Below the pieces are notes generated by a model. That model searched no databases and was not told the DNA's origin. It worked only from the letters and a program-made list of their open reading frames with translations. DNA of 62,149 nt, the filler included, from Basidiobolus ranarum (taxonomy: Eukaryota), in the NCBI GenBank assembly GCA_040143965.1. It is 17 parts of 17 records of this genome, joined end to end, with 100 filler letters (N's around TTAATTAATTAA, not from the genome) between each part and the next. Parts side by side here need not be neighbours in the genome. Positions count along the whole stretch, not along the records: positions 47,638 to 51,191 come from JASJQH010009294.1; positions 51,292 to 54,845 come from JASJQH010009295.1; positions 54,946 to 58,497 come from JASJQH010009296.1; positions 58,598 to 62,149 come from JASJQH010009297.1; 13 more parts are not named here. One strand, 5' to 3'. A program made the translations under genes and the position numbers. Shown here in pieces: positions 47,638-61,474 of this stretch (positions are counted from its first letter, which is position 1; every line of letters begins with the position of its first letter).

Positions 47638-50600
47638 AAAGATTTTCTAATTGGATATGTTAAACTTTGTTACAGGTTTAAAGAAGACAGACTCAATCTA
47701 TGCTGGTGTTCAATACATTCACTGCTGCATCTTTCACCTTGCTTAGAGACTATAGGCCCTTGCTATACATTCTGGAAGCTCCTAGTTAAGTGCACCTGTG
47801 CTGATATGATGCTCAATGTGAATTCATCTGTATTACCATATGCTAATCTCATCAACAATGTATCAGCAAAGTCAGTGATGGATATAAAGCAATGCATTAA
47901 GGAGACTCCTGAGTGTATTCACCTTCCAACAAAGGGCTCTTTTAAGTGTGCTCTTGGTTTTTGCATTGTTTGAGCACAATAACAGCAACAAAACCCAATC
48001 TATGGACACAGAGTAAGTGCCGCTATAATTTAGACCAATTTGTTTTTTTGTTAACCTGACAGTATTTTTAGGAAAGCTGCAAGACACACTTCTTGGTGAG
48101 ATAGATCAACATACACAGTATTATTTTTTTAGCCATGCAGTAACCTATTTGGGTAGATTTTGATGGTGTGATAGTGGTTTCTTGATGGTATATTGATGGT
48201 ATTCATACATGTTGAAATATTGATCCTCATATTTGGCCTGCCTTGTTGATTTGCAGCAATTTTCACATATATATAATTTTTGAATGGCAAATGACTAGGT
48301 TTACTGCTGTAAGAATTTGAATTAATATGCATTCTTGTATTTGGATATTTTAGGCTTAATATTCCAGCTATATTTAGATCAAAAAAGACAAGAATCTTGT
48401 TGTGTTTAGTCTCTACTAATGCACATACTTTACTGATTAGACATTACTCAACCACATTAATATACTTTACCAGCAAAGTAACGTTGGAAAACTTGCTAAG
48501 CATCTGAAATTTTGAATAGCACTGACACTTGGTAAATAGCTGACTCTTGTTACCATTCACAATGAGATTAAGCTCCTGGATTTTGGCAAATTTACGTAAA
48601 GAATTCAGCTAATATATCCCAAACTTACTGTCAATAAATGTCATGCCACAAGTAGATGTGTCATTGCTTAAATTGATTACCTCATGGCTAAAACAATAAT
48701 ACTGCATTTCTCAATCTATCTCTCCCAGATGTCAGTCTTGCCACTTTCCTAGAAATACCATCAGATTATTACATAAACAAAGTAGTCCAAATTTTAGAGA
48801 TACTTACTCTGTGTCCATGGATTGGGCTTTGTTGCTGTTATTGTGCTCAAACAATGCACAACCCATGAGCACATTGAAAAGAGCCCTGTGTTGGAAGGTT
48901 GATATATTCTGGAGTCTCTTCAACCCATTGCATTACATCCATCACTGATTTTGCTGCTATATTGTTAATCATATTAGCATATGGTAATACTGACAATTTC
49001 AAACAGAGCATCATTTCACCATAGGTATGCTCCACTGGGAACTCCCAGAATATAGAGCAAGGGCTGATAATCTCTAAGCATTGTGAAAGATGCAGCAGGG
49101 AATATATTGAATACCTGCATTGATTCAGTCTATCTTCTTTAATCATGTAATAAAGTTTTTCATTTCCAATTACAAGATGTTTGCACAGTTGCTGTATCTA
49201 CCTGAGATCTTCCAGAATGAGTTAATACCATTAGAATAAATTAACAATATCTATAAACAACTCCCAAGGTTACCAATACTCATCAGGCAGAAATCTTTTT
49301 AAGATTCCACTTGAATATATACAAATCCAATACTTCCAGTCCTTGCTTTTATATAAACACCTAGATGAGTGGATATTGATAGGAGTCCTGTTGAAATATG
49401 ATGGTTTCTTGACATTTTCAAGCATTTTCCCATTTGATTCAAGCATTGATCCTATCTTGAATGGCTCATTCACATTGAATTTTCTACCATATAGCTGAGT
49501 AAGTAGTATTGGAATGTTGTTAAATAGTAATTGCTTAGTGCCTATGGGATACTCTGGCTCCAGCTGATCCTCTTTAGCAATATAATCTTATGTGTATGGC
49601 TCATACCAAGTTTGATGTTGGACTAACTATTTAGTGAATTGATATCAATGATCATGTTGAACTCTGACTGGGCTCTTGATGGTAAAATTATGGAGTTTAG
49701 CTTTATATTTGGACAGTAGTAGTGCATATGCCTGATAGATTAGACTCCATTGATTTGACAAAATATAAAGCAAGAAAGTGCATTGTGCCCACAAAAACCT
49801 CCAGGTTTACTGATGGCAGGAGTGTCACCTATGCATACAATAATATTACCTTTAATAATATATTCACCCCTCTGAACCCCATCAGATAACCATTCAAATT
49901 CAGCAATCTAAGGCTCCAAGAAGTTATCTATAAGCACTGGTGATTTAGGTCCAGATGTGATGGAGAGTATCAAAATATTTTGACTCTTTTATCTTTGAGA
50001 AGGAGGAAGATTTAGGTAAATTAAAATTATTGGCCAGCAAGCCTTTCCAATGGTATATTTGTTTAGCAAGGAGCCATCCAGAGCCAATGCAAAGGCATGA
50101 TCATGCTTGTTTTTAAAGAAACCTTGACTTTTCCGATTCTGGTAATGATATCCATTAAGTATATTGGTAATACAATCTGCTTGACAATGGTACTTTGGTT
50201 TTGGATCAATGAACTATAATTGGGTGATTTAATCAAAACTTTGAGATGGGGAATCACTGGTATGTAAGCCAAATATGAACAATATTTAACTGATTTGGTG
50301 ATTACCAATTGGGTGCAAACAGTACATGAGTTCAGGGTTTTCAGATTGCTGGTGAAAGCCAAACAACTATTTAGACATGAAGGTAGTTTAATTACTGAAG
50401 GATTATAAGTCATACAATTTACCAGTATTTTCCACTTGTACCAGGTCTGTGGCAAGCAACAGTTTCCAATTAACTGTGGTAAAAATGTAAGAAAACCAAT
50501 AAACACCTGGTTGCCAAGATTGGACTGAACTCTTCACTCCTCAATAATCAAAGCTGCTTCCTTTGCTGTAAGTGTTACGAGTGGACTAATGCTGGCCAAT

Positions 50601-51191
50601 AACAAAGAGTCAATAACAAAACCATTGTCTTCTTCTTCAACTTCTCATATACTACTGTCAGTACTAGAATAACTAAGGTCAACATCTAGCAGCATGTCCT
50701 CAAAGTTGTCTGGGCTTATTGGTCTGACTAAAGTTGCATTTCTATCTACACCATTCTGGTCCTATAACTGTACTAACTCCATAGTATTTTGACTTTTTGC
50801 AGTGTTACCAAAACTTTGAGGCAAAGTACAGCTTGTGGACTCAGTGGTCAAAACTAAAGTCAATTTTGTGCACCTATTACTGTTAATATTCACCAGGCTT
50901 TGTGCAGACGGTGGCTTTGTATAGTGACTGTGCTTGTGATTATTTTTTTATGCAGCATTCAGCTTTCATAGCCCAAGAATTTATTACAATAATAGCTGGG
51001 CATCTTTAAGTGTTTGTGTTGTAGCATGAGAAGGATATTGTGGAAAAAAGAACATCTCCTATGTAAGGATGGTATTTTAGGTATAGCCCATTAATGTCAT
51101 CAGCTGACTCTGAGACAGTGTCACAGATCAGTCATCAGGAGATTTCAAAGATATATCCAGTAATGGATGGCATTTCTAGTGTATTATAAGC
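47638..51191 (-). mobile_element. Longest CMC/EnSpm copy (about 48150-51191, minus) joined to an inverted fragment (47638-48150, plus)
   Basis: Cys-rich CLNSC...CTVC, YIPVIPHLK, SGPKSP, GDTPAISKPGGF and WEFPVE motifs appear in order, with many stops and frameshifts. Confidence 0.9.
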
Positions 51192-52725
51192 NNNNNNNNN
51201 NNNNNNNNNNNNNNNNNNNNNNNNNNNNNNNNNNNTTAATTAATTAANNNNNNNNNNNNNNNNNNNNNNNNNNNNNNNNNNNNNNNNNNNNAGTTGTCTG
51301 TGGAGTTTGTGGTGGCAAGGATAATGGGTAAATATCTCAGAAGTAAGAACGTGGAAAAAGAATCTGAGGAAGTGGCTACTTTTGGAGCTGGAAAATCTAG
51401 CTTTGGCAAGTACAAAGGTCACACAAGAAGGAAACCAGGTTTATGTTATGGCTGTGACAAACCAGGACACCAGTTAAAAGATGCAAATCAAGAAATTACA
51501 ACAAAAATGAGAACTCAGAACATGCAAGTCAGGTTTCAACCAACAAGGATGCTTTATTCATTTCTGCCCTATCAGTGTCCTTTGAGCAAGACTGTAGGTT
51601 GTGGTATAAAGATTTTGGAGCCTCTCAACGTTTCTCTGATCACAAAAACTGGTTTTAAGACACTCAAAACTGACAGAAACAAGAAGGTTTATATGGGTGA
51701 TGACTGGCCACTAGAAGCTCTGGGAGTGGGAGAAACTGAAGTGGATCTTGGGAGCATCTCAGGGAACATGTATTTGACACTGAAAAATGTGCTATTTGTG
51801 CCTGGGATAGCAAAAAGTTTGTTATCAGTGAGTAAAGCTACATCTGAGGGATATAGCTTTAATTTTGATCAAAATGGCTATACAGTCAGGGATCAAAAAG
51901 GGAATTATATAGCTTCTGATGCTAAGCAAAGTAACTTGTATAAGCTTCATTATGCTAGGCCAGTATATGAACAAGTTAACACTGCCACAGCTGATGAGAT
52001 AGACTGGAAAATCTGGCATAGGAAATTGGATCATCTAGGAGCTGAAAATATGAGAGATTTAATTAAAAACAAGATGGTTTTGGGACTAAATTTTGTAATT
52101 CCACCAGATCTGGAGCTATTGGAAGGTTGCCTATATGGTAGCCAACACTGACAGCCATTTGTGGGCTCTGGAATGCACAAAATTGATCAACAATTGGGCC
52201 TGATACATTCAGTTCTGGGTGACCCAATGCAGACAAAATCCTTAGGTGGAAAAAGGTGTTTTATGAACTTTATTGATGATAAGACAAAGTATACTTGGGT
52301 GTACTTTCTGGCAAGTAAGGATGAAGGCTTTGATACCTCGAGAAATTCAAAGCGAGGGTGGAGACAAAAACAGGTCTAAAGATTAAGAATTTTCCATATT
52401 GACAATGGAGGGGAATATATCTCAGAACTCTTCTCTAACTTCTGCTCAACACTTGGGATAAAACAGCAGACTCCAGTGCCATATTGCCCACAGCAGAATG
52501 AAGTAGCAGAACATGCAAAAGATCAAGAATGGAAAAGGCAAGATCAATGCTTCATGATCAAGATTTGCCAAAACAGTTCTGGGCTGAAACAGTTGCAACT
52601 GCAGTATATATTAGGTATAGATGTCCTTCTAGGTCTTTATTGGCTATGACATCTTATCAAGTTTGGTTTGGAAGTCAACCTGATCTGGCTAATCTCAGAG
52701 TTTTTTGAAGTAGCACATATGCAAT

Positions 52726-52907
52726 GGACTTGTTCTATTGTGCCAGGATTTATTGGACTTTGGATCAATATATTAGAGTAAATGTGATTGAAATTGATTA
52801 TGCTAGAGGGTGACAGATAGTGCCAAATTTGGCCACATAAATTTTAGAATACATTATCCAATATGATATATACAGCACAATCTGGCACTGTCACCAAGAA
52901 CAAGTCC
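52726..52907. mobile_element. 182-bp MITE with GGACTTGTTCT TIRs and 3-bp TSD AAT
   Basis: Starts GGACTTGTTCT, ends AGAACAAGTCC, with AAT on both sides. Removing it restores the Copia frame YAMNLDQKRSKLGQKSQKC. Confidence 0.85.
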
Positions 52908-54121
52908 AATGAATTTAGACCAGAAGAGATCAAAATTAGGCCAAAAAAGCCAGAAATGCCTTTTTAGGATATTGTGATGGGACAAAAGGGTACAGACTGT
53001 ATGACACTTAAAATAAGAAGCTAATCAAGTCAAGGGATGTGGAATTGGCTGAAGAAGAAAAATTTTCACTCAAAACAATTCAAGATCAAGAAACAACCAA
53101 GTATTGATGAAATTCTTCTTTCTCTCACCAGATCCTGATCAGTGAGAAAAACATTGAAACCTCTTAACCTGCAGTCTTGTCAACTAAGCAGCAGATAGTT
53201 TCCCTGCTAAATTGGTACCAGAAGTTATAGTGCCAAATTCTAATCTTGCAAGATCCAATTGGATGAAATTTGTGCCCGATTATTACTCTGACACTAGCTG
53301 AAAGGAGCCTAGTGCTAATTTTACCTAATCTGAAGAACCCAAATCAGTACAGGAGGCTACAGAGAGTCCAAACACAAAGTTCTGGAGTGCTGCAATGGCA
53401 GAGGAGTACCAGTCACTCATAGATAGCCAAACTTGGACTATGGTTAAGGTACCTATTAACAGAAAATCAATTGGATGCAAACGGGTGTTTAAAGTTAAAC
53501 AGCAAGCTGATGGATCTTTAGCAAGATGTAAAGCCAGACTTGTGGCTAAAGAATGCTCTCAAATGGAAGGAGTAGACTACAATAAAACATTTGCTCCTGT
53601 AGCCAAGTTTAACTCCATCAGAACTGTACTAGCAGTAGCAGCAAAACACAGCTTAAAAGTCTATCAAATCAATGCTAAAACAGCTTTTCTGAATGGGGAC
53701 TTCAAAAGGATATGTTCATGGATCAACCACATAATTTTGTGGATCATGAGAACCCTGTGGACTTGTGTAAGATTCAAAAGTCACTTTATGGACTTAAACA
53801 AGCACCCAGAGCCTGGTACACTAAGAATGACACATACTTGGAATCATTTAATTTCCAAAAGAGTATGATGGATTTTGTGATCTGCTTTAAGACCAAAAAG
53901 GACAGTAAGGTGATACTTGCCTTATATGTAAATGATCTGATTATAGCTACCAATAAGGATGAAGCTCTCAGGAACACCAAAACAGATCTATTGCATCAAT
54001 TCAAAAAGGCTAATTTAGGTCAACTTATGTATTTTCAGGTCTGCAGATCCATACATATATATTGAGCAAATCTATTACTCTGAACCAATCTAAATACATC
54101 TCAGACATTCGCAGACTTTAC

Positions 54122-54499
54122 TGTTGAAGTTTATTGTCTTCATCATATTTGTTATCTCTATCTTTATACACCTAACTATTTCATATATCACTAATAGGTT
54201 ATGTAACATTACTTAGTCAAATATCACTTAGCTGAAAAGCGGAACATATATTATATATATAAGTGAATAATGTGAGAATTAGCAATTCCATATTGGAAAT
54301 TTCAAACTCATCTGCATTGCCCCAAAGATATCTCATTTTACTCCCACATATGTTCTGAATGCAGCCCCATTGTTAGTTTTCTGTATTTCCATCAAAAAGT
54401 GTAAATGCTTAATTTCTGGACAATAAACAATTATCTCACAAAGCTATTCAGAACTCCGCTTTTCTAAAGTTCCTCCAAACAGCCCATATTTTCCCAATA
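54122..54499 (+). mobile_element. Solo LTR family C inside Copia RT
   Basis: TGTTGAAG...CCCAATA flanked by TTTAC/TTGAC (4 of 5 match). Removing it restores KYISDIRRLYGMENCKPVATP. Confidence 0.88.
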
Positions 54500-54945
54500 T
54501 TGACGGTATGGAGAATTGTAAGCCAGTAGCAACTCCCTTTGATCCAGGTGTTAACCAGTCAAAAGTCCCATCAAAAAGATGAAAATTGGCCATATATGGC
54601 TCAAAATATGTCATTTGCAAACCCTGAGTTCCCTTAGGAATCTATCATCGGTAGTTTGATCTATACTATGACTGGAACCTGGCCAGATATCTCTTTTGCG
54701 GTGGGTGTAGTTAGCCAACATGTGCAAAACCCAGGATCGGAGCATTATGCAGCAGTTAAGTGGATTTACAGATATTTGAAGGGGACAGTTGATCTGGGAT
54801 TAAGATACGCCTATTCTGATGAGAACAAGGATCTAATTGGGCATANNNNNNNNNNNNNNNNNNNNNNNNNNNNNNNNNNNNNNNNNNNNTTAATTAATTA
54901 ANNNNNNNNNNNNNNNNNNNNNNNNNNNNNNNNNNNNNNNNNNNN

Positions 54946-55467
54946 GTACACATCAACTCCTTCCCCAGCGCGCCCAGGGTACTTATACGGAGCATTGACA
55001 TTCAACGCACGTTGAGAGATTCTTGGAAGGCCCCAGCTTGGTGGGCTATTTTGGATTCCTGAGACAGTAAATATTTTCTCAGCCTCAACGTACTCAACAT
55101 CGCTATTTGCCTTGAGCTCACTAACCAGAGCCTGACTGAAAGTACCAGCGTAAGCATTAAAACTCTCTAAAGAGAATTTATTCTTGAGCTCATTTTTGAG
55201 AGAGTTGTTACCGCTACGCCCGCGATTGTATTGATCAAGTTTTGTCTTTAGGAATTGATCAACTAAAAGAATAATTTAGAATAAGCTAATTTTACTTTAC
55301 TATCTTTATCACTTTACTGATATTTCTCTACCTTTGTTGGAGTCCACACCTTCTTTAATCTTAACGATATAGCTGTTGGAGATCGCAGCGTTTTGAGCCT
55401 CAGAAATTGGAATAGCCAAAACAATTGCAAGAAGCGATCCCAATGCAATTATGCGAATGTTGATCAT
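54946..55467 (-). CDS. Secreted subtilisin-like serine protease (S8, proteinase K type) with I9 prodomain, 3' truncated
   Basis: Signal peptide, ISNSYIVKIK, intron 55331-55263, then FNAYAGTF..DVEYVEAE..QNSPPSWGLPRISQR..YKYPGRAGEGVDVY; TATAAAA at ~55546-55552. Confidence 0.95.
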
Positions 55468-56439
55468 AGTATGTTGGTGATGCCTGAGCAGAGACCGAGA
55501 TGAGATGAGTTGATTCAATGATAGTAGACCTTTGCATCCGTCTATTTTATACATCTCGTTCCAAATCCTCTATCACTCTGTGGCTTAAGCAGGTTTGCTA
55601 CCCAGCTATGCAATTGGCGCATTCATCCAACTTATCTTAAGAGTGGAATATACTAGAAATAGAGCTCGTGTCTGATAGATTACGGTCACCATTATGTAAA
55701 TAAAAGGAATATAGTTGTATTGAAATGTTCTCATAACAACCACTTTACTTGTCATGTATTTCAGAATCCTGATCTTCGGGCTAAAGTAAAATCATATGAG
55801 AAAATGTACGAGAATGGAGCTTGAATTAATCTGTAAATACTATCCCATGCATTCACATACGATGATCATTGCCATATTTGACCACGGTGCGAAGTATTCA
55901 TTGGGTGTGTACTAAATTCAATAGGATCGATATTTGCGGTACTTGGTTCGAAATATACATATCAAGATTGCCGAAACCGAAATCTAGATTTTTTAGCATT
56001 GACTCGTACTGTATATTTTATGTAAACTAAATGATAAAGACTACTGAAGTACACCGATGCTTCATTACCGAATGAACTAATATGTTGCATTAGCTGACTG
56101 TATAATTCAAAATCCTCTTATCTGGCTCTATATATTCATTAATTACTTCCGACGTCAACAGGATACGCGTATCGCTATTTACAGCTACCAATTTTTTGAC
56201 AACACCTTTACTCTAAACAGTTGAATCACCACATAAAACATACCATTCGTAGTAGTTGAGTGCTACGACATTGCGAGCAACTCTTCCCAATCCTGTTCGT
56301 AGTCTTAGAAAAAGAATCAAGTACACGTCGGCTGATGTATTTAGCCCATCTTGGTATTAGTGCTAGGCTATGATACATGTAGCATAGAGATTCGTCATAC
56401 AGGGAATCTTCTTACTGGTCGAAGTGCCACCGATTCATG

Positions 56440-56870
56440 TTGAATGGATTTCTTGGCAGAGTGCTAACATATCTTCAGTAGCTACTAGCAGCCTGTTAGT
56501 ACGATTAGTAGCTTCAAAATGGATGCTAGTCTGACGTTGGCTTCAGAGACATCCCAGATATGACCAGCAGTTACAACAAATCGAATTCACTGGAGTTTTA
56601 AAGCTTGTTTCAGCGTCTCATAATCACTCCAACCTAGGGAAATGTTGTCACTACCTTTGGAGCCATCAGTCTTGGCTGTGCAACTTAACTTCAGAGATAG
56701 ATTTCGAGGTAGTACCATTACTACTATCATATCTGCTGATTATCTTGGCACTAGCTAGATTGCCTTTCATTGCTATATCATAACGGTCTCCTGCTGTTCC
56801 ACAGACCATCATTGCCTGTATCATCATATAAACACCTCACCATCTTTCTTAGGATTAGTCAACCTCTAAC
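56440..56870 (-). pseudogene. Decayed S8 subtilisin paralog
   Basis: Minus-strand remnants in the expected order: DGE.V..DTG, VCGTAGDRYDIAMKGNLASAKI (cf. VAGTIG..YGVAKKANL.AVKV), SNGTTSKSI and IRFVVTAG..WDV (cf. IHFVVAAGN..DAC), with stops and frameshifts. Confidence 0.65.
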
Positions 56871-59240
56871 TTGACAGTAACTGTGTGAGGCATTATCTTG
56901 AATTATTAAGGTAACCAAAGCTACGAAGTCAATATATGAATCTTGACCATAATTCCCAAACACTTTTTGAATTCAAATGGGGATAAAGTTATGTTCTACA
57001 AAAAATGCCCATTAACATGAATAATTTCGTAATTTTGACGACTCTGGAGTAAAGAACAGATGCTACAGGTTAAATTTGATAGTTAAAGTGACTTCTTATG
57101 ATAGTAACAATCTCATTAGGGAACGTAATTCTTTCAGGCTTCTAACGAATACAATGTCTACAGGGGGCTAAATACAGATTTCTACATTTATATCACCCAT
57201 CTCACACTTCGGACCATTCATCTCTATATGGTCAAAACATATATTAGTAAGCTTAAACATGCCTGATCTGACTTGTAGATTTGGATGGTGACGTGGGGAT
57301 ATAGCAATGATCTAGCAGTGGTAGAGTTAGTACTCACTGTTAAGAAAGTTCATAATCAATCTAATATCTGTCAGTTATATCATTAGAAACTATATTCAAC
57401 ATATCCACAAGTGACTTACTCCTAACCCTTTCCCTTATCCATGGCATTACTAATAAATAATGTACAATTATCTTGAATGCTCTCGATCTTTAGAAAGTTA
57501 GGAGATTCTCTTTTCCTCTCTGCTTTATTAAATTGACCGATTAATCTCAAATAAGAATACAAAAACCGATCTCTGGTTTTGGGTAACTTTTTTTATTTAC
57601 CTAACCGCTTTGAAGATTAACAAGTACTGATTTATTGGTAATATTGACATCACTTGTGAGACGATCATATAGTTGTTTAACTTCGATTAATGATTATTGT
57701 TTCCTTGCGTCAGTAGCAATGCGGTCTATTTAGTGATACCTATATTGTATAACCAGCTCTCTCCAATACAGCGCTTACAGTGTTATAGAGAGTAGTAGGA
57801 ATGGTCAGTTTCTTTTCCCAAACACTTTACTGTGCCGAAGTAACAATCATTAGAGTTAGAACTAGATACAACCAAACCTTCATCATTCTTGCGGTTAAAA
57901 AAGTAGTTACAGTAGCAGACTATTAATAAAATATTGAACTCAGTGTCTTTAGACTGCATTAAAATCCTTACTAACAACAGCGAAGTTGAATGTTGGTTAA
58001 ACAATCGAGCACTTATAACTGATTTATTCTTTTAATATACATTTTGGAAATGAAAGTATCTTTGCAGGCACTCCATGTATTGACTTGATATTCGTCATAT
58101 AGCCTGAATAGTAGTCTTTGATATTATTAAGGTGATACTACTACTCTTTGTTCTACTTCATATATTTACGTTCGTTGGAGTTACAGAATATATTTTGAGC
58201 GCTACAAATCTTTTGTCTCAAAATTGCACATTATTGGTTATGTTTCTAAATGCAATGTTGTAAAGATCCAAACTTTAGACGTTGTGGTAGTTGCCATTAC
58301 CATCATATGTTTCATATACAGTATACTTACTAGCACCAATCAAATCCCTCAGAAGCAATCACTAATGCTTAGAAATCTACCGAATTCGCAAAAGTTCCTG
58401 TATTATTCATGTTGCCAGCTACTATATGTATGAAGAATATACTGTATCCCAGTAAATAGTGCTTTGAACATGACTTCTAAAGGTTGCTTCAAATGCANNN
58501 NNNNNNNNNNNNNNNNNNNNNNNNNNNNNNNNNNNNNNNNNTTAATTAATTAANNNNNNNNNNNNNNNNNNNNNNNNNNNNNNNNNNNNNNNNNNNNCAA
58601 ATAAGATGAAACATGTTAGGCTTAGAATTGCATAGAATGAGGAGCTTGTCCCTTTCTGAGAGTGAAGGAAGCATTCAAGTATGAACGGAGATATCAGTGG
58701 GGCTACAGATTGAAAACCCGGGTACTACTAGATGCAATTTTTCTTACAAATTAGAGTGGAGCTCCTAACTATTTACTGTTGTACATGTGATTATGGTAAG
58801 CAAGATTCCCTCAATTTCCAATCCGTTTGAATAAAATGTTATCTTATGCGAGAAAGTTGTTCCTGTAGGCCAGCATTTTAGCGTGATACATAATTATAGA
58901 AGTCTTGTGTCTACATTATGATTACAAATCTCTAGAGTAAACTAGTTGATTCATGCTAACTAAATGATCAATATGTTTGCACTGTTTGTTTTACTCAGTA
59001 GAATGTAATTATGCATACTTATGCTAAAAATATTCAAGATTAGGAATAAGTTTTTATTACAAGGATATTGAATGAGGTAGTACAAACTTGTGCATCATGT
59101 TGTTGAAGTTTGAGATTTCCTCCTTGCTCAATAGTGTCCTTATGTATTAGCACTCAAAACAGATTCACCTTATACTTCATACCTGTCACACAACCTAAGA
59201 AGAGCCCAAATAGTAGTCTCTGATATTATAAATATGCTTC

Positions 59241-60890
59241 TGTCAAAGTAATTTGGGAACCTGATGGAAGTGGTATGGAAAACTAGAGAAATTGGTTGTT
59301 TTCACTTATTGCCTTATTGAGTAGAAAGTTGACATTTATGGTTCTGTCAGGATGAAAACAAAAAAATGGTGTAGAATGTGTTAAAGAAGGCTCCAGGAAT
59401 GTGTATGCAAAATTTGGGGCTTCTAGCACAAGTTATTAAAATCTATATATTGGAAACTTCTAAGTTGGTAACAGTATTCCAAGTAAAATCTGATTGAGAA
59501 TGATGGGTAATATCTTAGTGAAATATAGGATAAGTATGTACTAAGCTATATATTGTTATAGTATTTGAGCACATATTATAAGTGGTTTGAAAATTAGAGA
59601 AATTGGTGCTTTTCACTTATTAATTGAGTAGAAAGTTAACATTTATAGTTTTGTCAAGATATAAGCAAACTAACATGTAGGATGTGTTAAGGAAGGTCCC
59701 AGCAACATTTGTGCAAAGTTTGGGGCTTCTTTGATAAATCTACATATCTGAGAACTTTCAAGTTGGTAAAATTATTCTCAGTAAGTTCCAGTTGGGAATA
59801 ATAGGTGATATCATAGTGAAATATAGGATGACTAAATACTAAGCTACATATGATTATATTGATGCATGGGCAATGCTAACTTCAACACTCTCACTCAAGT
59901 AAATAGTCATGTAAACTAATCCTAGGGAAGGTCTAAATTACTCAAATTTTGGCCTAGCTAATGGTTTTGTTAATACATCAGCAATCTTGTCTTCTGTATA
60001 ACAATTAGTTGAGTCAGTGAACTTATTCCCTATGATCCCTGTAGAAAAATGATACTTATTATGTATATGTATGTTTCTAGTGTGAAACATGGGATTCCTG
60101 GCAAATTTGAAACATCTTTGCTTATCTTATAATGTTGTGGTTGGTTAATTTTGAGAATTGCCTAAATCTGTTAAGAGTTTTCTTAACCTTCCTGGTTCTC
60201 TTGTTGCTTCACAAGCAGCCATGTATTTGGTTTGTGTTATTGAAAGTTCTATGGTAGGTTATTTATTTGAATTCCAAGAAATAGCTCCACTGCAGCAAGG
60301 ATATAAATATCCTAGTGAAAATATCCTGTTTTCAGTATCTCTGGGCCAATTTACATTTGAATATTCATCAGATCCAAGTTTATTCCAGAATATGTGTATT
60401 TTTAACACAGATGCACAATACCTGTAAAATATCTGATAGTCTACTTGACTGCTATGTGTTGATCAGATCCTTAATTTTGAAGAAATTGAGATATAACTGA
60501 CACCAAATATGCCATATCTAGCCATGTTCCAACCACAATATACATTAGGATACCAACAATAGACTGATATGTATATCTTGAGCTTTCAATTGAGTCCAAG
60601 AATATCTAATTTGAGCCTTTTTTTGCCAAGTTGAGATTGGTCTCCATTACAGTAGATGTAGGATTATATTTTTCCATTTTAACTTCTGTAGTACACCTAC
60701 AATATACTTAGACTGGTTTAACACTACTCTAGTAGTAGCTTTATCTATCTGAACTTGGATTCAAAGATAGTATGTCAGTGTATTAAGAGCAGTTATTTAT
60801 GATTTGGCAGATAAGCTGGATTTAGTTTTCTCCAAACTTATACTAAGGCTAATAAAACTGGGGTTGTCTTGTCATGCCTGAAGTAGATGC
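59241..60890 (-). mobile_element. Copia 3' end: decayed RT/RNase H, PPT and two stacked LTR A copies (59241-~59575, ~59580-59887)
   Basis: Collinear with 41646-43030, including an ADVLTKPL motif. Confidence 0.9.
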
Positions 60891-60920
60891 ATCAGTGAGT
60901 AATATTCTCCTGAAAATAAA

Positions 60921-61097
60921 CCCTAAGAGAAATTTGAGGATGGTTATTCTAAGAAAACCATTACAATTTAATACATTTTGGATTGACCATTTGCTTATCA
61001 TCATAAAATTATCAAGTTAGAATTGATTTTATTCAATTTTTTTAGTTTCAGGAGTGAATTTCCAGAACTTGCAATATAGTTGCACATGATTGGCAAC
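60921..61097 (+). mobile_element. Probable left end of the CMC element
   Basis: Starts CCCTAAGAGAAATTTGAGG; nearly the same sequence starts at 62072, and it resembles the right terminus at 4688 and 5363. Confidence 0.55.
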
Positions 61098-61474
61098 TGT
61101 TGAAGTTTATTGTCTTTATCATATTTGTTATCTCTATCTTTATTCACCTAACTATTTCATATATCACATATAACTTAGTTAATATTACCTAGTCAAATGT
61201 CACTTAACTGAAAATTGGAACATATATTATATGTATATGTGAATAATGTGAGAAATAGCAATTCATATCAGAAATTCCAAACTTGTCCAAATTGCCCCAA
61301 AGATAGCTCATTCTACTCCCACAGATGCTCTGAACACAACCCTAGTGTTAGTTTTTTATATTTCCACTAAAATGTATCAATGCTTTATTTCTGGACAATA
61401 AATAATTATCTCACCAAGCTACTGACAACTCAACTTTTCTAAAGTTCCTCCAAACAGCCCATATTTTCCCAATA
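61098..61474 (+). mobile_element. Solo LTR family C
   Basis: TGTTGAAG...CCCAATA flanked by GCAAC/GCTAC (4 of 5 match). Confidence 0.88.

Larger units (their letters stand above)
51292..54845 (+). mobile_element. Ty1/Copia gag-pol (second subfamily), decayed, with two nested insertions
   Basis: Zinc knuckle CYGCDKPGH, NVLFVPGIAKSLLSV, IWHRKLDH, FIDDKTKYTWVYF, DNGGEY, KARLVAK and LYGLKQAPRAW occur in the PR-IN-RT order diagnostic of Copia. Confidence 0.96.
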
